Positions 41,531 to 49,739 of a DNA stretch of 49,739 nt are shown here, one piece after another. Numbering within the stretch: position 1 is the first letter of the stretch; every line of letters starts with the position of its first letter. The stretch is from NCBI GenBank assembly GCA_017959745.1, contig JAGDAA010000178.1, forward strand, positions 1-49,739, read 5' to 3'. The notes beneath the pieces were generated by a model that saw only the letters and a list, made by a program, of their open reading frames with translations, did no database searches and was not told the origin of the DNA. This DNA is from Clostridia bacterium (GTDB lineage Bacteria > Bacillota > Clostridia > Oscillospirales > SIG627). The translations under genes and the position numbers were made by a program.

Positions 41531-43864
41531 TTACACCCCCGATCCCGTATGCCCGGAGATCCGGGGCTCGGTACTGCCGTTATTGTAGAGAATATGGAGC
41601 ATGGTCAGAAGCTCTTCCCCGTGTTCCTCGGCAGTCCCCACGGCAAACCGGGTCACGTAGGTCTCATAGCCGTTCTGGAAGTTTTGACTCTCGGTGTGGT
41701 TCCTGGCATAGCGGGTTGGCATATAGCCCCAGGAGCTGTTGGAATAGCCGCAGAGAAATGTCAGGGCAAAGGGAGACTTCTCATCGGTATAGGTATAGGT
41801 CGCCGCCCCGAAGGTGGTGCCGCTCACGTTTGTGGAAACGGTTACGGGCATCCCGGCTTCGTCATACCGGATGTAACGCCCGTCCTTGAGCTGCTGCCCG
41901 ACGGTATCGAAGGGCTCATAGGGACAGAAGCAGAAGGCGACGGACTGCCCAATGGAAAAGACGTACAGTTCAATGGGGGCGGTAAACTTTTCCGCCTTTG
42001 TATCCATCGCCGTAAGATCCGTCCAGGCGCTCCGGTTGTTGAGAGCGTTGGCGTAGTAGTTATTAACGTAGAGTCCCGTCGCGAGGCGGCACAACAGGCG
42101 CGCCACGCAGAACTGCACGTTCAGCGACCCGCCGGAGCCGCCGTTTTCCTCCATGCCCTCCGTGAACGCCTCGTTGATCTTTTTGCGGTAGGTATTCAAA
42201 ACGGACCAGGCAAATGCCTTTTTTTCAACGTCCGTCGATTTCCCGGCGTATTCCGCCGCCAAAGACCGGATCGCGTTCAGCTCCGTGGCGCCCACCGTAA
42301 CGGTGGTCCCTTTGTTCTGATACTGAACGGCGTAGGAGCTTTTGAAGGTTATGGAACCGTTGGCGATCCCCGCCAGCTGATTCATCACCACGCGCAGATC
42401 CCGATCGTTGCTCTGATAGGTGGAATAATACGTGGATTTCACCGCGCGCACAGCGCCGGTGGGAAGCTGCTTGATCCCCTGCCAGTCGTCCGTCCAATTC
42501 TGCCGGGCGACCCCGTGACTGTCCGACGTATCGTTATGCACGGGAGCGGCGTAATTCTTCGGCGTTGTGGCAATATCTTTGATAATGGCGTCGCCCACGA
42601 TGGCACCGACCATCTGGGACTTCCAGTAACCCTTGTTGGTATTGGTGCCGCTGTAGCAGTAATTGTAATACTTGGAATCCCACCCGCTCAGGCGAAGGGA
42701 TGTGAAGGAGGTGGATCCGATCTGCTTGTTCTGGGCGTTATCGATCCGGTCGTTCTGATTCATATTGCCGGCGCCGCCCTGATAATACGCCGTAAGGTAC
42801 CCCTCGCCCTCCAGCACATTCCGGGATCCGTTGATGAAATCAGCGGAAACGATGCGGTTGGTCTTGGACGAGGTGTTATACTTGCCAACGTAACTGCCAT
42901 CCGTGTTCAAATCATAGCAGCCGTTGCCGACCTGGTCGGGATGGCACTGCCAGTTGTACATAAGAACGTCCCGCAGTCCGTCCCGCTTGAAGAGAAGGTA
43001 CTGTACCTCATTGTCCCCGGGGGTCTCGTGCGCCAGATACGTCACGCCGTCGTCCACGTTGTTGGGGCCTTCGTAGCCCACGCGGTTGTTGTCGCCGATG
43101 AGGTTATGGGTCTCGTATTTGTCATAGGTTGAAGAGGAAGAATAGCTCACCAGAAAACGGCGGACGAAGTTGATATTGTTCACGGAGGTGTCCCCCGCCC
43201 AGAGAGTGGCGGGCGCCAGATCGTTCACGGCGCGCCGCGCCGCCTGTCCCGCCTTGCGGACAAGATCCAGAAAATACCGCTGCGTATAGCCGCGGGAGAC
43301 GCTCGTATCGGCGTTATCAGGCCCGGTATGGGTGTGGGAGGCGGTCACGGAAATGTGATCCAGCGGCACAAGGGTCTGCCGGGAGGCGTTTTCCCGGATC
43401 ATCAGTCCCAGGTCCTTCGCAAAACCGACGATATCCACGGAGAGCATCAGAATGGTCTCACCCGCCGCGTCACGCACGGCAACGCAGGTGACTTTCAAGC
43501 CGTCGTTTTCGGGCACTCCGGTGGCGTGACGGGTATCGGTGTTGCCGTAGCCCGCAAGGGGCATCCGTTTATAAAAGCCGAGGTCAGGGGTGGTGTCTAC
43601 GATCCCGTAGCCCACGGAAAAGCACTCCTCCGGAGGCTCGGGACAGGCCACACCGCCGTTTTCATCTATGTAGTCCTCCCAGCCGGCAGGATGGCGCGCC
43701 ACGATCGCCGCGTCGCGTGTCCGCACAAAACCGTCCCCATCCACGTCACCGACCATGGATGAGGTCTTTGTTTCGCCCTCGGCGAGGGCGGGAAGGGTCC
43801 CGCCGCTGAACAGGATCGTCAGGGAGAGACATACCGCCAGAATTCGACAAAGCTTACTTTTCAT
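41531..43864 (-). CDS. Secreted neutral/alkaline-ceramidase-like zinc hydrolase 1 with an N-terminal dockerin-like module
   Basis: Signal peptide MKSKLCRILAVCLSLTILFSGGTLPALA, then GDVDGDGFVRTRDAAIVARHPAGWEDYIDENGG. The N-domain FSVGYGIVDTTPD...PLAGYGNT...GLKVTCVAVRD....ILMLSVD and the ASHTHTGP motif resemble the ceramidase HTHSGP Zn site. Confidence 0.6.
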   Translation of the reverse strand: MKSKLCRILAVCLSLTILFSGGTLPALAEGETKTSSMVGDVDGDGFVRTRDAAIVARHPAGWEDYIDENGGVACPEPPEECFSVGYGIVDTTPDLGFYKRMPLAGYGNTDTRHATGVPENDGLKVTCVAVRDAAGETILMLSVDIVGFAKDLGLMIRENASRQTLVPLDHISVTASHTHTGPDNADTSVSRGYTQRYFLDLVRKAGQAARRAVNDLAPATLWAGDTSVNNINFVRRFLVSYSSSSTYDKYETHNLIGDNNRVGYEGPNNVDDGVTYLAHETPGDNEVQYLLFKRDGLRDVLMYNWQCHPDQVGNGCYDLNTDGSYVGKYNTSSKTNRIVSADFINGSRNVLEGEGYLTAYYQGGAGNMNQNDRIDNAQNKQIGSTSFTSLRLSGWDSKYYNYCYSGTNTNKGYWKSQMVGAIVGDAIIKDIATTPKNYAAPVHNDTSDSHGVARQNWTDDWQGIKQLPTGAVRAVKSTYYSTYQSNDRDLRVVMNQLAGIANGSITFKSSYAVQYQNKGTTVTVGATELNAIRSLAAEYAGKSTDVEKKAFAWSVLNTYRKKINEAFTEGMEENGGSGGSLNVQFCVARLLCRLATGLYVNNYYANALNNRSAWTDLTAMDTKAEKFTAPIELYVFSIGQSVAFCFCPYEPFDTVGQQLKDGRYIRYDEAGMPVTVSTNVSGTTFGAATYTYTDEKSPFALTFLCGYSNSSWGYMPTRYARNHTESQNFQNGYETYVTRFAVGTAEEHGEELLTMLHILYNNGSTEPRISGHTGSGV

Positions 43865-43909
43865 CAGTTGTTCCTCTTCAGGATACAGTACCTCTATTTA
43901 ACCTTATAT

Positions 43910-43938
43910 ATTTTACCGCAAAGCTCCCCTTCCGTCAA
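43910..43938 (-). promoter_or_regulatory. Sigma-A-type promoter for cassette 1 (cer-like-1 plus SBP-like-1)
   Basis: On the minus strand: TTGACG (43938..43933), a 17-nt spacer, then TAAAAT (43915..43910), about 45 nt before ATG 43864. Confidence 0.6.
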
Positions 43939-43977
43939 TCTTTTTTTGGCGAAACGCAAATTACAAAAGCAAGCGGC

Positions 43978-44019
43978 AACACGACAAAACCCCGCGCCGT
44001 TCAAAGAATGGCGCGGGGT
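43978..44019 (-). terminator. Rho-independent terminator ending cassette 2
   Basis: On the minus strand: ACCCCGCGCC, 11-nt loop, GGCGCGGGGT, then TTTTGTCGTGTT. It lies about 20 nt after the SBP-like-2 stop. Confidence 0.7.
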
Positions 44020-44037
44020 CGTATAGTCAGCGGCGGT

Positions 44038-45798
44038 TTATCGGTCCATCGCCGAAAAGTCCAACATTTTGTTGAGATACCTTTGCTGCTGGTTGTAAGC
44101 GGTGGCGTATCGGGAGGAAAGGGTGTCCCAGTTCGCCGCGACTCCCCCCGTAATGGAAAACACCGAGGTGATGGGAGACGTATAAATAAAGCAGAAATCC
44201 AGAGTCAGACCGTCGAAAATCATCCTGAGCGCGGCTTTCGGCTTCCCTTCCGGGTATTCGGGAGACACAAAATCAGCGTTGTGGAAACTCCGCCGTTCGG
44301 ACAGTTGCTCGATCACGGCGTCCTTCAAGTCGTATCCCAGGGTGTTGTGCCTGGCGAGGGACGCCTCCATAAACGCGGAGATGAAATAGCCCTCCATATC
44401 CTTTCCGCTCTCAAAGCCGTACTGATCCGCGTACGCCCCGGCGCGGTTTGCCGTGGGAATGACGTACATACAGCAAAAGCCGTTATTGGGCTGGGTGATA
44501 TAATGCTCCTGAGCGGCGCTCCCCTTGGGGAACGGCAGAAATGCCATCCAGTTGTTCGTGCTGGTACTGTCGTAAGCGGAACTGTTGCAATAGGTGGGAA
44601 CACCGATGGCGCGGATGACGCCGGAGGAACCGGAAAGCCCGCCGGTGATGGCGGCGTTCTCCGTGGTAGTTCTGTGTCCCTCGTCCGATAAAAAGCCCTT
44701 GAGCTTCACGAACGCGTCGCTCCCGGGACAGTCGACAAAGCTGCTGTACAACTGCCTTGTTTCGGGATTGTAGGCGGAAAAGCCGGCCCCCACGGCATGG
44801 GTAATATTGCTGGTACCGGTGGCGGAATAAAGCCACTTGTTCGTTTTGTCGGAATACGCGTTGAAGCAAGTCGTGCCAACCTCGATGAGCTTATCCACGG
44901 TCCAATCGCCATTCAGAACCAAATCGTAGATAAAATTACCCGCCGCTTTTTCGTCTGTCAGTCCGTAGGCCTCCTTCACGGTCTTCAAGCCGATGACGGG
45001 AAGGAACACCGCGTGCCGCAGGGTGGAATCGGAAGCGCCGGTAAGGAAATACGCCGCGTCGCCGCAGGCAACGCCCCGTATGATATCCTCCTCATACCAT
45101 TCCTTCGTGATGTCCACGGTAGGAATGTTCATCACGTTTTCATACAAGCCGAATGTCACCTGGCTCTGGATGGTCATATTCAGCATCGGCGAAGTAAGCC
45201 CGACGCTCACGGCGGCAAGGTCATAGGAACAGGACCCGCTGAAAAGGTCGACATGCAGCTCCCCGAAGGGATCCGATACGCGGATCTCCTCGATGCTGCA
45301 ATGATAGGTTTCTTCCAGGTAGGCGTTACGCTGCGCCACGGCGGCGCTGAGCTTCGTAAAGCGCTTCGCGTAGCCGCCATAGTCGCTCCAGCTGCCATCC
45401 AGCCAGGGGCACACGTCCATCACGGAAAAATGGGTGGTCTTGAATTTGGGAACCGTCTCTCCGTCCAGTTCCCTCGTCCCGTCTGCTTCACCGGCGCGGG
45501 TCAGGACGCGGAAGGTATAGCCGCCGAAGTCTACCGGTTGATCGGGATCAAAGCTCTTGACAAACTTCCCGTCCGTCCGCGGTCCGGTACGCCAGGGATA
45601 GGTGAGGCGGCCACGTTTATCCACGTAGCCCTCCCAGCCGGCATTATAGCGCGCGAGGATCGCGGCGTCCCGGGCGGTCACCGCGCCGTCCCCGTCCACA
45701 TCAGCCGCCTGAGCGGGCGTCAGCGCGGAGGCGGAAAGGGAGAATTGAGGCAGGAGGATCGCCAAACAAAGCAAAAGCGAAAACAGCTTACACTTCAA
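44038..45798 (-). CDS. Secreted solute-binding-protein-like protein 2 (paralog of 39824..41527)
   Basis: I prefer TTG 45798, which follows GAGGAGGGG by about 5 nt and avoids overlapping the upstream gene. Signal peptide KCKLFSLLLCLAILLPQFSLSASA, then DVDGDGAVTARDAAILARYNAGWEGYVDKRGRLTYPW. Blocks shared with the paralog include KFKTTHFSV.DVCPW, YFLTGASDS, NGDWT and SAAQEHY. Confidence 0.5.
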   Translation of the reverse strand: MKCKLFSLLLCLAILLPQFSLSASALTPAQAADVDGDGAVTARDAAILARYNAGWEGYVDKRGRLTYPWRTGPRTDGKFVKSFDPDQPVDFGGYTFRVLTRAGEADGTRELDGETVPKFKTTHFSVMDVCPWLDGSWSDYGGYAKRFTKLSAAVAQRNAYLEETYHCSIEEIRVSDPFGELHVDLFSGSCSYDLAAVSVGLTSPMLNMTIQSQVTFGLYENVMNIPTVDITKEWYEEDIIRGVACGDAAYFLTGASDSTLRHAVFLPVIGLKTVKEAYGLTDEKAAGNFIYDLVLNGDWTVDKLIEVGTTCFNAYSDKTNKWLYSATGTSNITHAVGAGFSAYNPETRQLYSSFVDCPGSDAFVKLKGFLSDEGHRTTTENAAITGGLSGSSGVIRAIGVPTYCNSSAYDSTSTNNWMAFLPFPKGSAAQEHYITQPNNGFCCMYVIPTANRAGAYADQYGFESGKDMEGYFISAFMEASLARHNTLGYDLKDAVIEQLSERRSFHNADFVSPEYPEGKPKAALRMIFDGLTLDFCFIYTSPITSVFSITGGVAANWDTLSSRYATAYNQQQRYLNKMLDFSAMDR

Positions 45799-45811
45799 AA
45801 TACCCCTCCTC

Positions 45812-48427
45812 TCAATCGTCGCCCGCGTCTTCGGAAACATCGCCCATGCCGCCGCCGGTATTGCCGGAAACGCGCGGGGTGGTGTCTCCGCCGTTGTAAA
45901 GGATGTTCAGCATGGTGATCAATTCCATCGCGTGGTCCTCGCCGGTGCCCGCCAGGAATTTGGTGATATAGGTTTCGTAGCCGTTCTGATAATTATCGGA
46001 CTCCTGATGATTCCGGGCGTAAAGGGTGGGCATATATCCGTAGGAGCCGTTGGAATACCCGCAGGCAAAGGTGAGTTCAAAGGGCGACTTTTCGTCCCGG
46101 TACTCATACAGCGCCGCTTCATAGGTCAGCGTGGGATAGGGGGAGGACTTGCCGTTCACGTTGGTATAACTGGAGGCCGTGAGACGGGGCGGTTTGAGCG
46201 CCGTGCGGGTCTCCGTGATGGGTATATCGTTTTCGTCATAGCGGATATAGCGTCCGTCCTTGATCATTTGTCCCAGGGTGTCGAACATCTCATAGGGCAT
46301 GAAGGAAAACGCCACGGACTGCCCGATGGCGATGCAGGACAGAGGTATCGGGCGGGTGTGCAGACTCAGGTCCGTCGTTTCCTGCGTCAGGTCGGTCTGG
46401 GGCAGACGGGTATCGAGGATGCCGTTGCCGGAATAGTTGCTGACGTAAAGACCTGTGGCGAGGCGGCACACCAGGCGCGCTTTCTTAAACAAGGCGTTGC
46501 TGTTGCCGTTTTGCCCCTGATTGGCGTATATACCGTCCTTGAAAGCGTCCCGGACCGGTTGTATATAGGTTCTGAGCATATCCCGGGCAAAGGTCTTTCT
46601 CTCCGCTATGGTGGAGAGCGCGGCGAATTGCACCGCCTTGTCGCGGATCTCGTTGATCTCCGCGGCGGTAACGCTGACAGTGGTGCCGGTATAGGTGACG
46701 GAATAGGTGTTCATCAAGGGTATATCCGCCCCGGTGGAGGTGACTCCCACCCGGTCGTAAGCGGCAAGGTCGGAAAGATACGCCATCACGGTGGCAAGAT
46801 CCCGATCCGCGTTGTCCAGGGTGGAATAGAAAGTGGAGTGCATAGCGGAAACGTTGCCCGTTTCCAGTTGGCGAAGCCCCTGCCAGTTGTCCGTCCAGTG
46901 GTGGGTAATAACGGGCTTCGTCACGTTTTCGGAATCCTTGTACGTCCGGTTCTGGGTGGAAGTGACGTCGTTGTGATGCGGCTCGCTGTACGCCGCGTAC
47001 GGCTTATTCATATCCTTGAGGATGGAATCCGCCACGATCGCGCCGATCATCTGAGACTTCCAATAGCCCTTTCTGCCCGTGCTGCTGCTGAAATCATCGG
47101 ATAATGTATAGTACCGGCTGTCCCAGCCCGGCAGGCGGTATTCGGCGTACTCCGCCTTGGCGGTCTGGGCGTTGTTGGAATATCCCACGATATCATAGTA
47201 ATTGTTGTTGCCGCTGCCGCCGTTGAAGAAGGCGGTGAGATACCCTTCCTTTTCGTCCAGCACCCGGCGGACGCCGTTGATGTAATCGGCGGTGATGATC
47301 CGGTTTTTCGCGCGGATAGCGGTGTTGGTATTCTTATACTCGCTCTCCGTATAGCTGGAGGTCCCCTCACTGTCATTCGCCGCCTTTCCGAAAGCGCGGT
47401 AGCTGCCGTCCAGACTCAGATCCGGGCAGTCGTTGCCCGTGATATCCGCGTGGCATTGCCAGTTGTAGAGGAGCACGTCCTTGACGCCCTCCCGCTTGAA
47501 GACGATGTACTGGACCTCGTTGTCCGCGGGGGTCTCGTTTTCATAGGCGATATCCCCGTCGTCCACGGGGTTCGGACCCTCATAGCCGATGCGGTGCATA
47601 GTCTGCTCCGTCTCCCCGGCGACGGAATGGCTCTGATAGGATCCCATCGTTTTGGAATCGGAATACCAGGTGAGCCGGCGCCGCACGAAATTCAGATCGG
47701 TAACGGAGGTATCCCCCGCCCACAGGGTAGCGGGCGTCAGATCCGCTATGGCGCGGCGCGCCGCCTGGGCGCCTTTTTGGAAAACCTCCATGATGTACCG
47801 GGTCATATAGCCCCATCCCTCGGGGGAGTTCGTTAAGGAAGTGGGGTATTCCGGTCCGGAATGGGTATGGGACGCGTTGATCGCCATATTCTCGGCGGGG
47901 ATACCCGTCGCTTGGGACGCCGTGTTCTTGATCCCCTCCGCGACCATAGCGCCGCTTTCATTACTGCGAAAACCGCTGAATCCGGAGCGATCCAGCGTGA
48001 CCATCAAAACGGTCTCCCCCCGCTCGTCCCGAATGGCGACGCAGGTCAGATACAGCCCGTCCCCGTCGGGAACGCCGGACGCCAGGCGGGAGTTGGTGTT
48101 CCCGTACCCCGCCAGGGGCACCCGGGGATAGTAAGCGGGATCGGGGGTAATGTTCACCTTGCCGTAGCCCACGGAAAACGCCGCCGTTTCTGTCTCGGGA
48201 TAGGTCAGTTCCCCGTTTTCATCCACATAGTCCTCCCACCGGGCGAGATACCGCGCCACAATGGCGGCGTCCCGGGGCAGGACAACGCCGTCCCCGTCCA
48301 CGTCGCCCGTTATCGCGGATTCCCGCGTTTCAGCGGACGCCGGCGTCGCGAACAGCCCGAGAAGCATGGCAAACACCAACAGAACGGACAGCAATCTGGT
48401 ACTATTTTTACTCAAAGGCCCTCCCAT
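45812..48427 (-). CDS. Secreted neutral/alkaline-ceramidase-like zinc hydrolase 2 (paralog of 41531..43864)
   Basis: The ASHTHSGP motif, FSVGYGKVNITPD...PLAGYGNT, and long blocks shared with the paralog (GYWKSQMIGAIV, CRLATGLYV, KDGRYIRYDE, GYSNGSYGYMPTLYARNH). The start is uncertain: ATG 48427, or TTG 48415 after GGGAGGG, which would give MSKNSTRLLSVLLVFAMLLGLFATPASA. TTG 48487 would overlap the upstream gene. Confidence 0.6.
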   Translation of the reverse strand: MGGPLSKNSTRLLSVLLVFAMLLGLFATPASAETRESAITGDVDGDGVVLPRDAAIVARYLARWEDYVDENGELTYPETETAAFSVGYGKVNITPDPAYYPRVPLAGYGNTNSRLASGVPDGDGLYLTCVAIRDERGETVLMVTLDRSGFSGFRSNESGAMVAEGIKNTASQATGIPAENMAINASHTHSGPEYPTSLTNSPEGWGYMTRYIMEVFQKGAQAARRAIADLTPATLWAGDTSVTDLNFVRRRLTWYSDSKTMGSYQSHSVAGETEQTMHRIGYEGPNPVDDGDIAYENETPADNEVQYIVFKREGVKDVLLYNWQCHADITGNDCPDLSLDGSYRAFGKAANDSEGTSSYTESEYKNTNTAIRAKNRIITADYINGVRRVLDEKEGYLTAFFNGGSGNNNYYDIVGYSNNAQTAKAEYAEYRLPGWDSRYYTLSDDFSSSTGRKGYWKSQMIGAIVADSILKDMNKPYAAYSEPHHNDVTSTQNRTYKDSENVTKPVITHHWTDNWQGLRQLETGNVSAMHSTFYSTLDNADRDLATVMAYLSDLAAYDRVGVTSTGADIPLMNTYSVTYTGTTVSVTAAEINEIRDKAVQFAALSTIAERKTFARDMLRTYIQPVRDAFKDGIYANQGQNGNSNALFKKARLVCRLATGLYVSNYSGNGILDTRLPQTDLTQETTDLSLHTRPIPLSCIAIGQSVAFSFMPYEMFDTLGQMIKDGRYIRYDENDIPITETRTALKPPRLTASSYTNVNGKSSPYPTLTYEAALYEYRDEKSPFELTFACGYSNGSYGYMPTLYARNHQESDNYQNGYETYITKFLAGTGEDHAMELITMLNILYNGGDTTPRVSGNTGGGMGDVSEDAGDD

Positions 48428-48458
48428 CGTGAATAGCGGTTTACTATACCGCGTATTA

Positions 48459-49739
48459 TCAAAATCTGGTAACGTTCTCAAAGACAATATCCTCGTTTTC
48501 TTCCCGGGGATTCAACTCCCGGATCAAACCCACGTCGCCCCGGATCGCCGCGTTCCGGACGCGGAAATTCCGGGCGATCAATCCGTCGAAATAGAACGGC
48601 ACGCCTTCCCTTCTGGTACTGTTCCAGAAGATGCCGTCCGCCAGCAGGTTTTCAACCGTGGTGGTGCGCTGGGTGGGATCCGCGATCAGGCGCGTGTCCA
48701 GTTCGTCGCCGGAAACCTCGACCTTCAAGTGACGGCCCGCTTTGATCTGAGACACGGCGATGGCGTGGTTCCCCCGCTCACTTACGGAAAGATTGCGAAT
48801 GATCACGTTTTGCGCCGCGCAGTTCAATACAACGCCCGCCAGGGCGGCGGAATGCACGTTGGAAATAAAGATATCCCGCATTTCCTCCGGACGGCAGCGC
48901 TGGGAAGGATCGGGACAGTAGCCGTTTTCCCCGATCTTGACACAGGAGGCGGTACGGATCAGGTCCTCATTTTCCGGGGTGGCGTCCGTTATGCCGTCGA
49001 TGGTGATATCGTGGATCCTGCGGCGGTTGTGGCACAACAGACGGATCAGGGCGCAGTGATTATTGCGACCGGTGATGTTTTGAATCGTCACGTTATAGAT
49101 ATCAAAAGACAAATGATCGCAGGCGTGCTGCAATTCAAAGCAATTCGGACGAATGGCAAGGGCGGTCAGCGCCACAATATCGTCGCAGGTCTCGCCGGTG
49201 AGATTTAGGATCTGAATGTCGTGACAGCCGACCCTGAGATCGATCCCATCCTGGTTGCGCCAGGGGTGAAAAGCGGACTCCCGGATGCTTTTGTCCCCGA
49301 TCTCAAAATGAATGTCGGAGATCACGCCGTCCCACGCCCACGCCAGGGTAATGCCCCACCAGCGCTGGTCACGCACGGTGAGATGCTCGATCCGGAAATT
49401 CCTGACGTTATGCAGATAAACTGTCAAGTTGTTGACAATATGCGGCATTCCGTCCTGCAGGGACGTTTTTTCCCGCAGACCGTTGTGCTTGCCTCCGTCC
49501 AGAACGGCGCGTCCCACGCCCCGGAGGACGATATCCTCCTGAAGCCCCTCGGGCGTTCTGCCGATCTCCTCAAAGGCGTTGGCGTTCCGAAACATCTGGC
49601 AGAAAACACCGTCTGCCATACGCAAATGGGCGTTATCCAGCGTGACGGTGATATGAGAGGGCAGAAGGATCGTTTCCTCGATCTCCCAGAGGTAGGTCCC
49701 GGTGCGCTGATTGAAAGACGGAATAACCACGCTGCCGCA
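48459..49739 (-). CDS. Right-handed beta-helix protein, GH28-like glycoside hydrolase. The 5' end lies beyond the window.
   Basis: RNQDGIDL followed about 21 residues later by TCDDIVAL resembles the GH28 NTDG...DD catalytic spacing, and the sequence has the periodicity of a parallel beta-helix. The frame stays open to position 49739. Confidence 0.5.
   Translation of the reverse strand, partial: CGSVVIPSFNQRTGTYLWEIEETILLPSHITVTLDNAHLRMADGVFCQMFRNANAFEEIGRTPEGLQEDIVLRGVGRAVLDGGKHNGLREKTSLQDGMPHIVNNLTVYLHNVRNFRIEHLTVRDQRWWGITLAWAWDGVISDIHFEIGDKSIRESAFHPWRNQDGIDLRVGCHDIQILNLTGETCDDIVALTALAIRPNCFELQHACDHLSFDIYNVTIQNITGRNNHCALIRLLCHNRRRIHDITIDGITDATPENEDLIRTASCVKIGENGYCPDPSQRCRPEEMRDIFISNVHSAALAGVVLNCAAQNVIIRNLSVSERGNHAIAVSQIKAGRHLKVEVSGDELDTRLIADPTQRTTTVENLLADGIFWNSTRREGVPFYFDGLIARNFRVRNAAIRGDVGLIRELNPREENEDIVFENVTRF

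Noticed and set aside
41165-43132. A 655-aa plus-strand ORF, together with similar long ORFs such as 44797..45918, 45932..47104, 40046..40993, 31945..33084, 7201..8100, 8480..9373, 5677..6546 and 18793..19614
   Set aside because: All of them lie entirely antisense to, or out of frame with, genes whose products have clear conserved motifs. Their translations are Arg/Gly/Pro/His-rich and low in complexity, and they lack RBSs. This is typical of shadow ORFs in GC-rich DNA.
1-49739. A search by eye for CRISPR arrays, tRNA/rRNA genes, IS elements, integrases, phage genes and toxin-antitoxin pairs
   Set aside because: I saw no regularly spaced direct repeats, no tRNA-like T-arm or acceptor patterns in the short intergenic regions, and no transposase- or recombinase-like ORFs. 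Intergenic space is small and is explained by promoters and terminators. A tRNAscan/Infernal run would be needed to exclude small RNAs formally.

Overview
GC-rich chromosomal segment from a spore-forming Firmicute, probably class Clostridia (inferred from gene content and synteny). Most of it is core housekeeping and sporulation genes in blocks also known from Bacillus and Clostridium. (1) lnt-recD2-membrane-MBL(YycJ-like)-rlmH on the minus strand. (2) mrp, lplA, then radA-mazG-yabO-yabP-yabQ-divIC plus an M23 peptidase. (3) A DUF3794/SPOCS-type gene next to an uninterrupted sigK. (4) ppx/gppA, then rplS-lepB-rbgA-rnhB-yraN. (5) A complete spoIIIAA-AH operon. (6) CAP-domain protein, MBL hydrolase and dGTPase. 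(7) A translationally coupled DUF5685 / J-domain / membrane trio. (8) A SleC-like cortex-lytic enzyme and pdxK. Many neighbouring genes overlap by ATGA or GTGA. Several sigma-A-type promoters, sporulation-sigma-like promoter motifs and rho-independent terminators can be read directly. I found no rRNA, tRNA, CRISPR array, transposase, integrase or phage genes. Two regions look accessory. (a) 1..3933 holds a tandem array of paralogous secreted proteins. Two of them are complete and carry C-terminal dockerins whose coding DNA is far more similar than the rest of the genes. (b) 39824..49739 holds two tandem copies of a two-gene cassette next to a GH28-like beta-helix gene. Each cassette pairs a large neutral-ceramidase-like Zn hydrolase with an orphan solute-binding-protein-like protein. 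All four proteins carry the same short dockerin-like Ca-loop module just after the signal peptide. I consider (b) the best candidate for an undescribed extracellular system. Its function is inference only. All family assignments come from motif recognition by eye, not from database searches.
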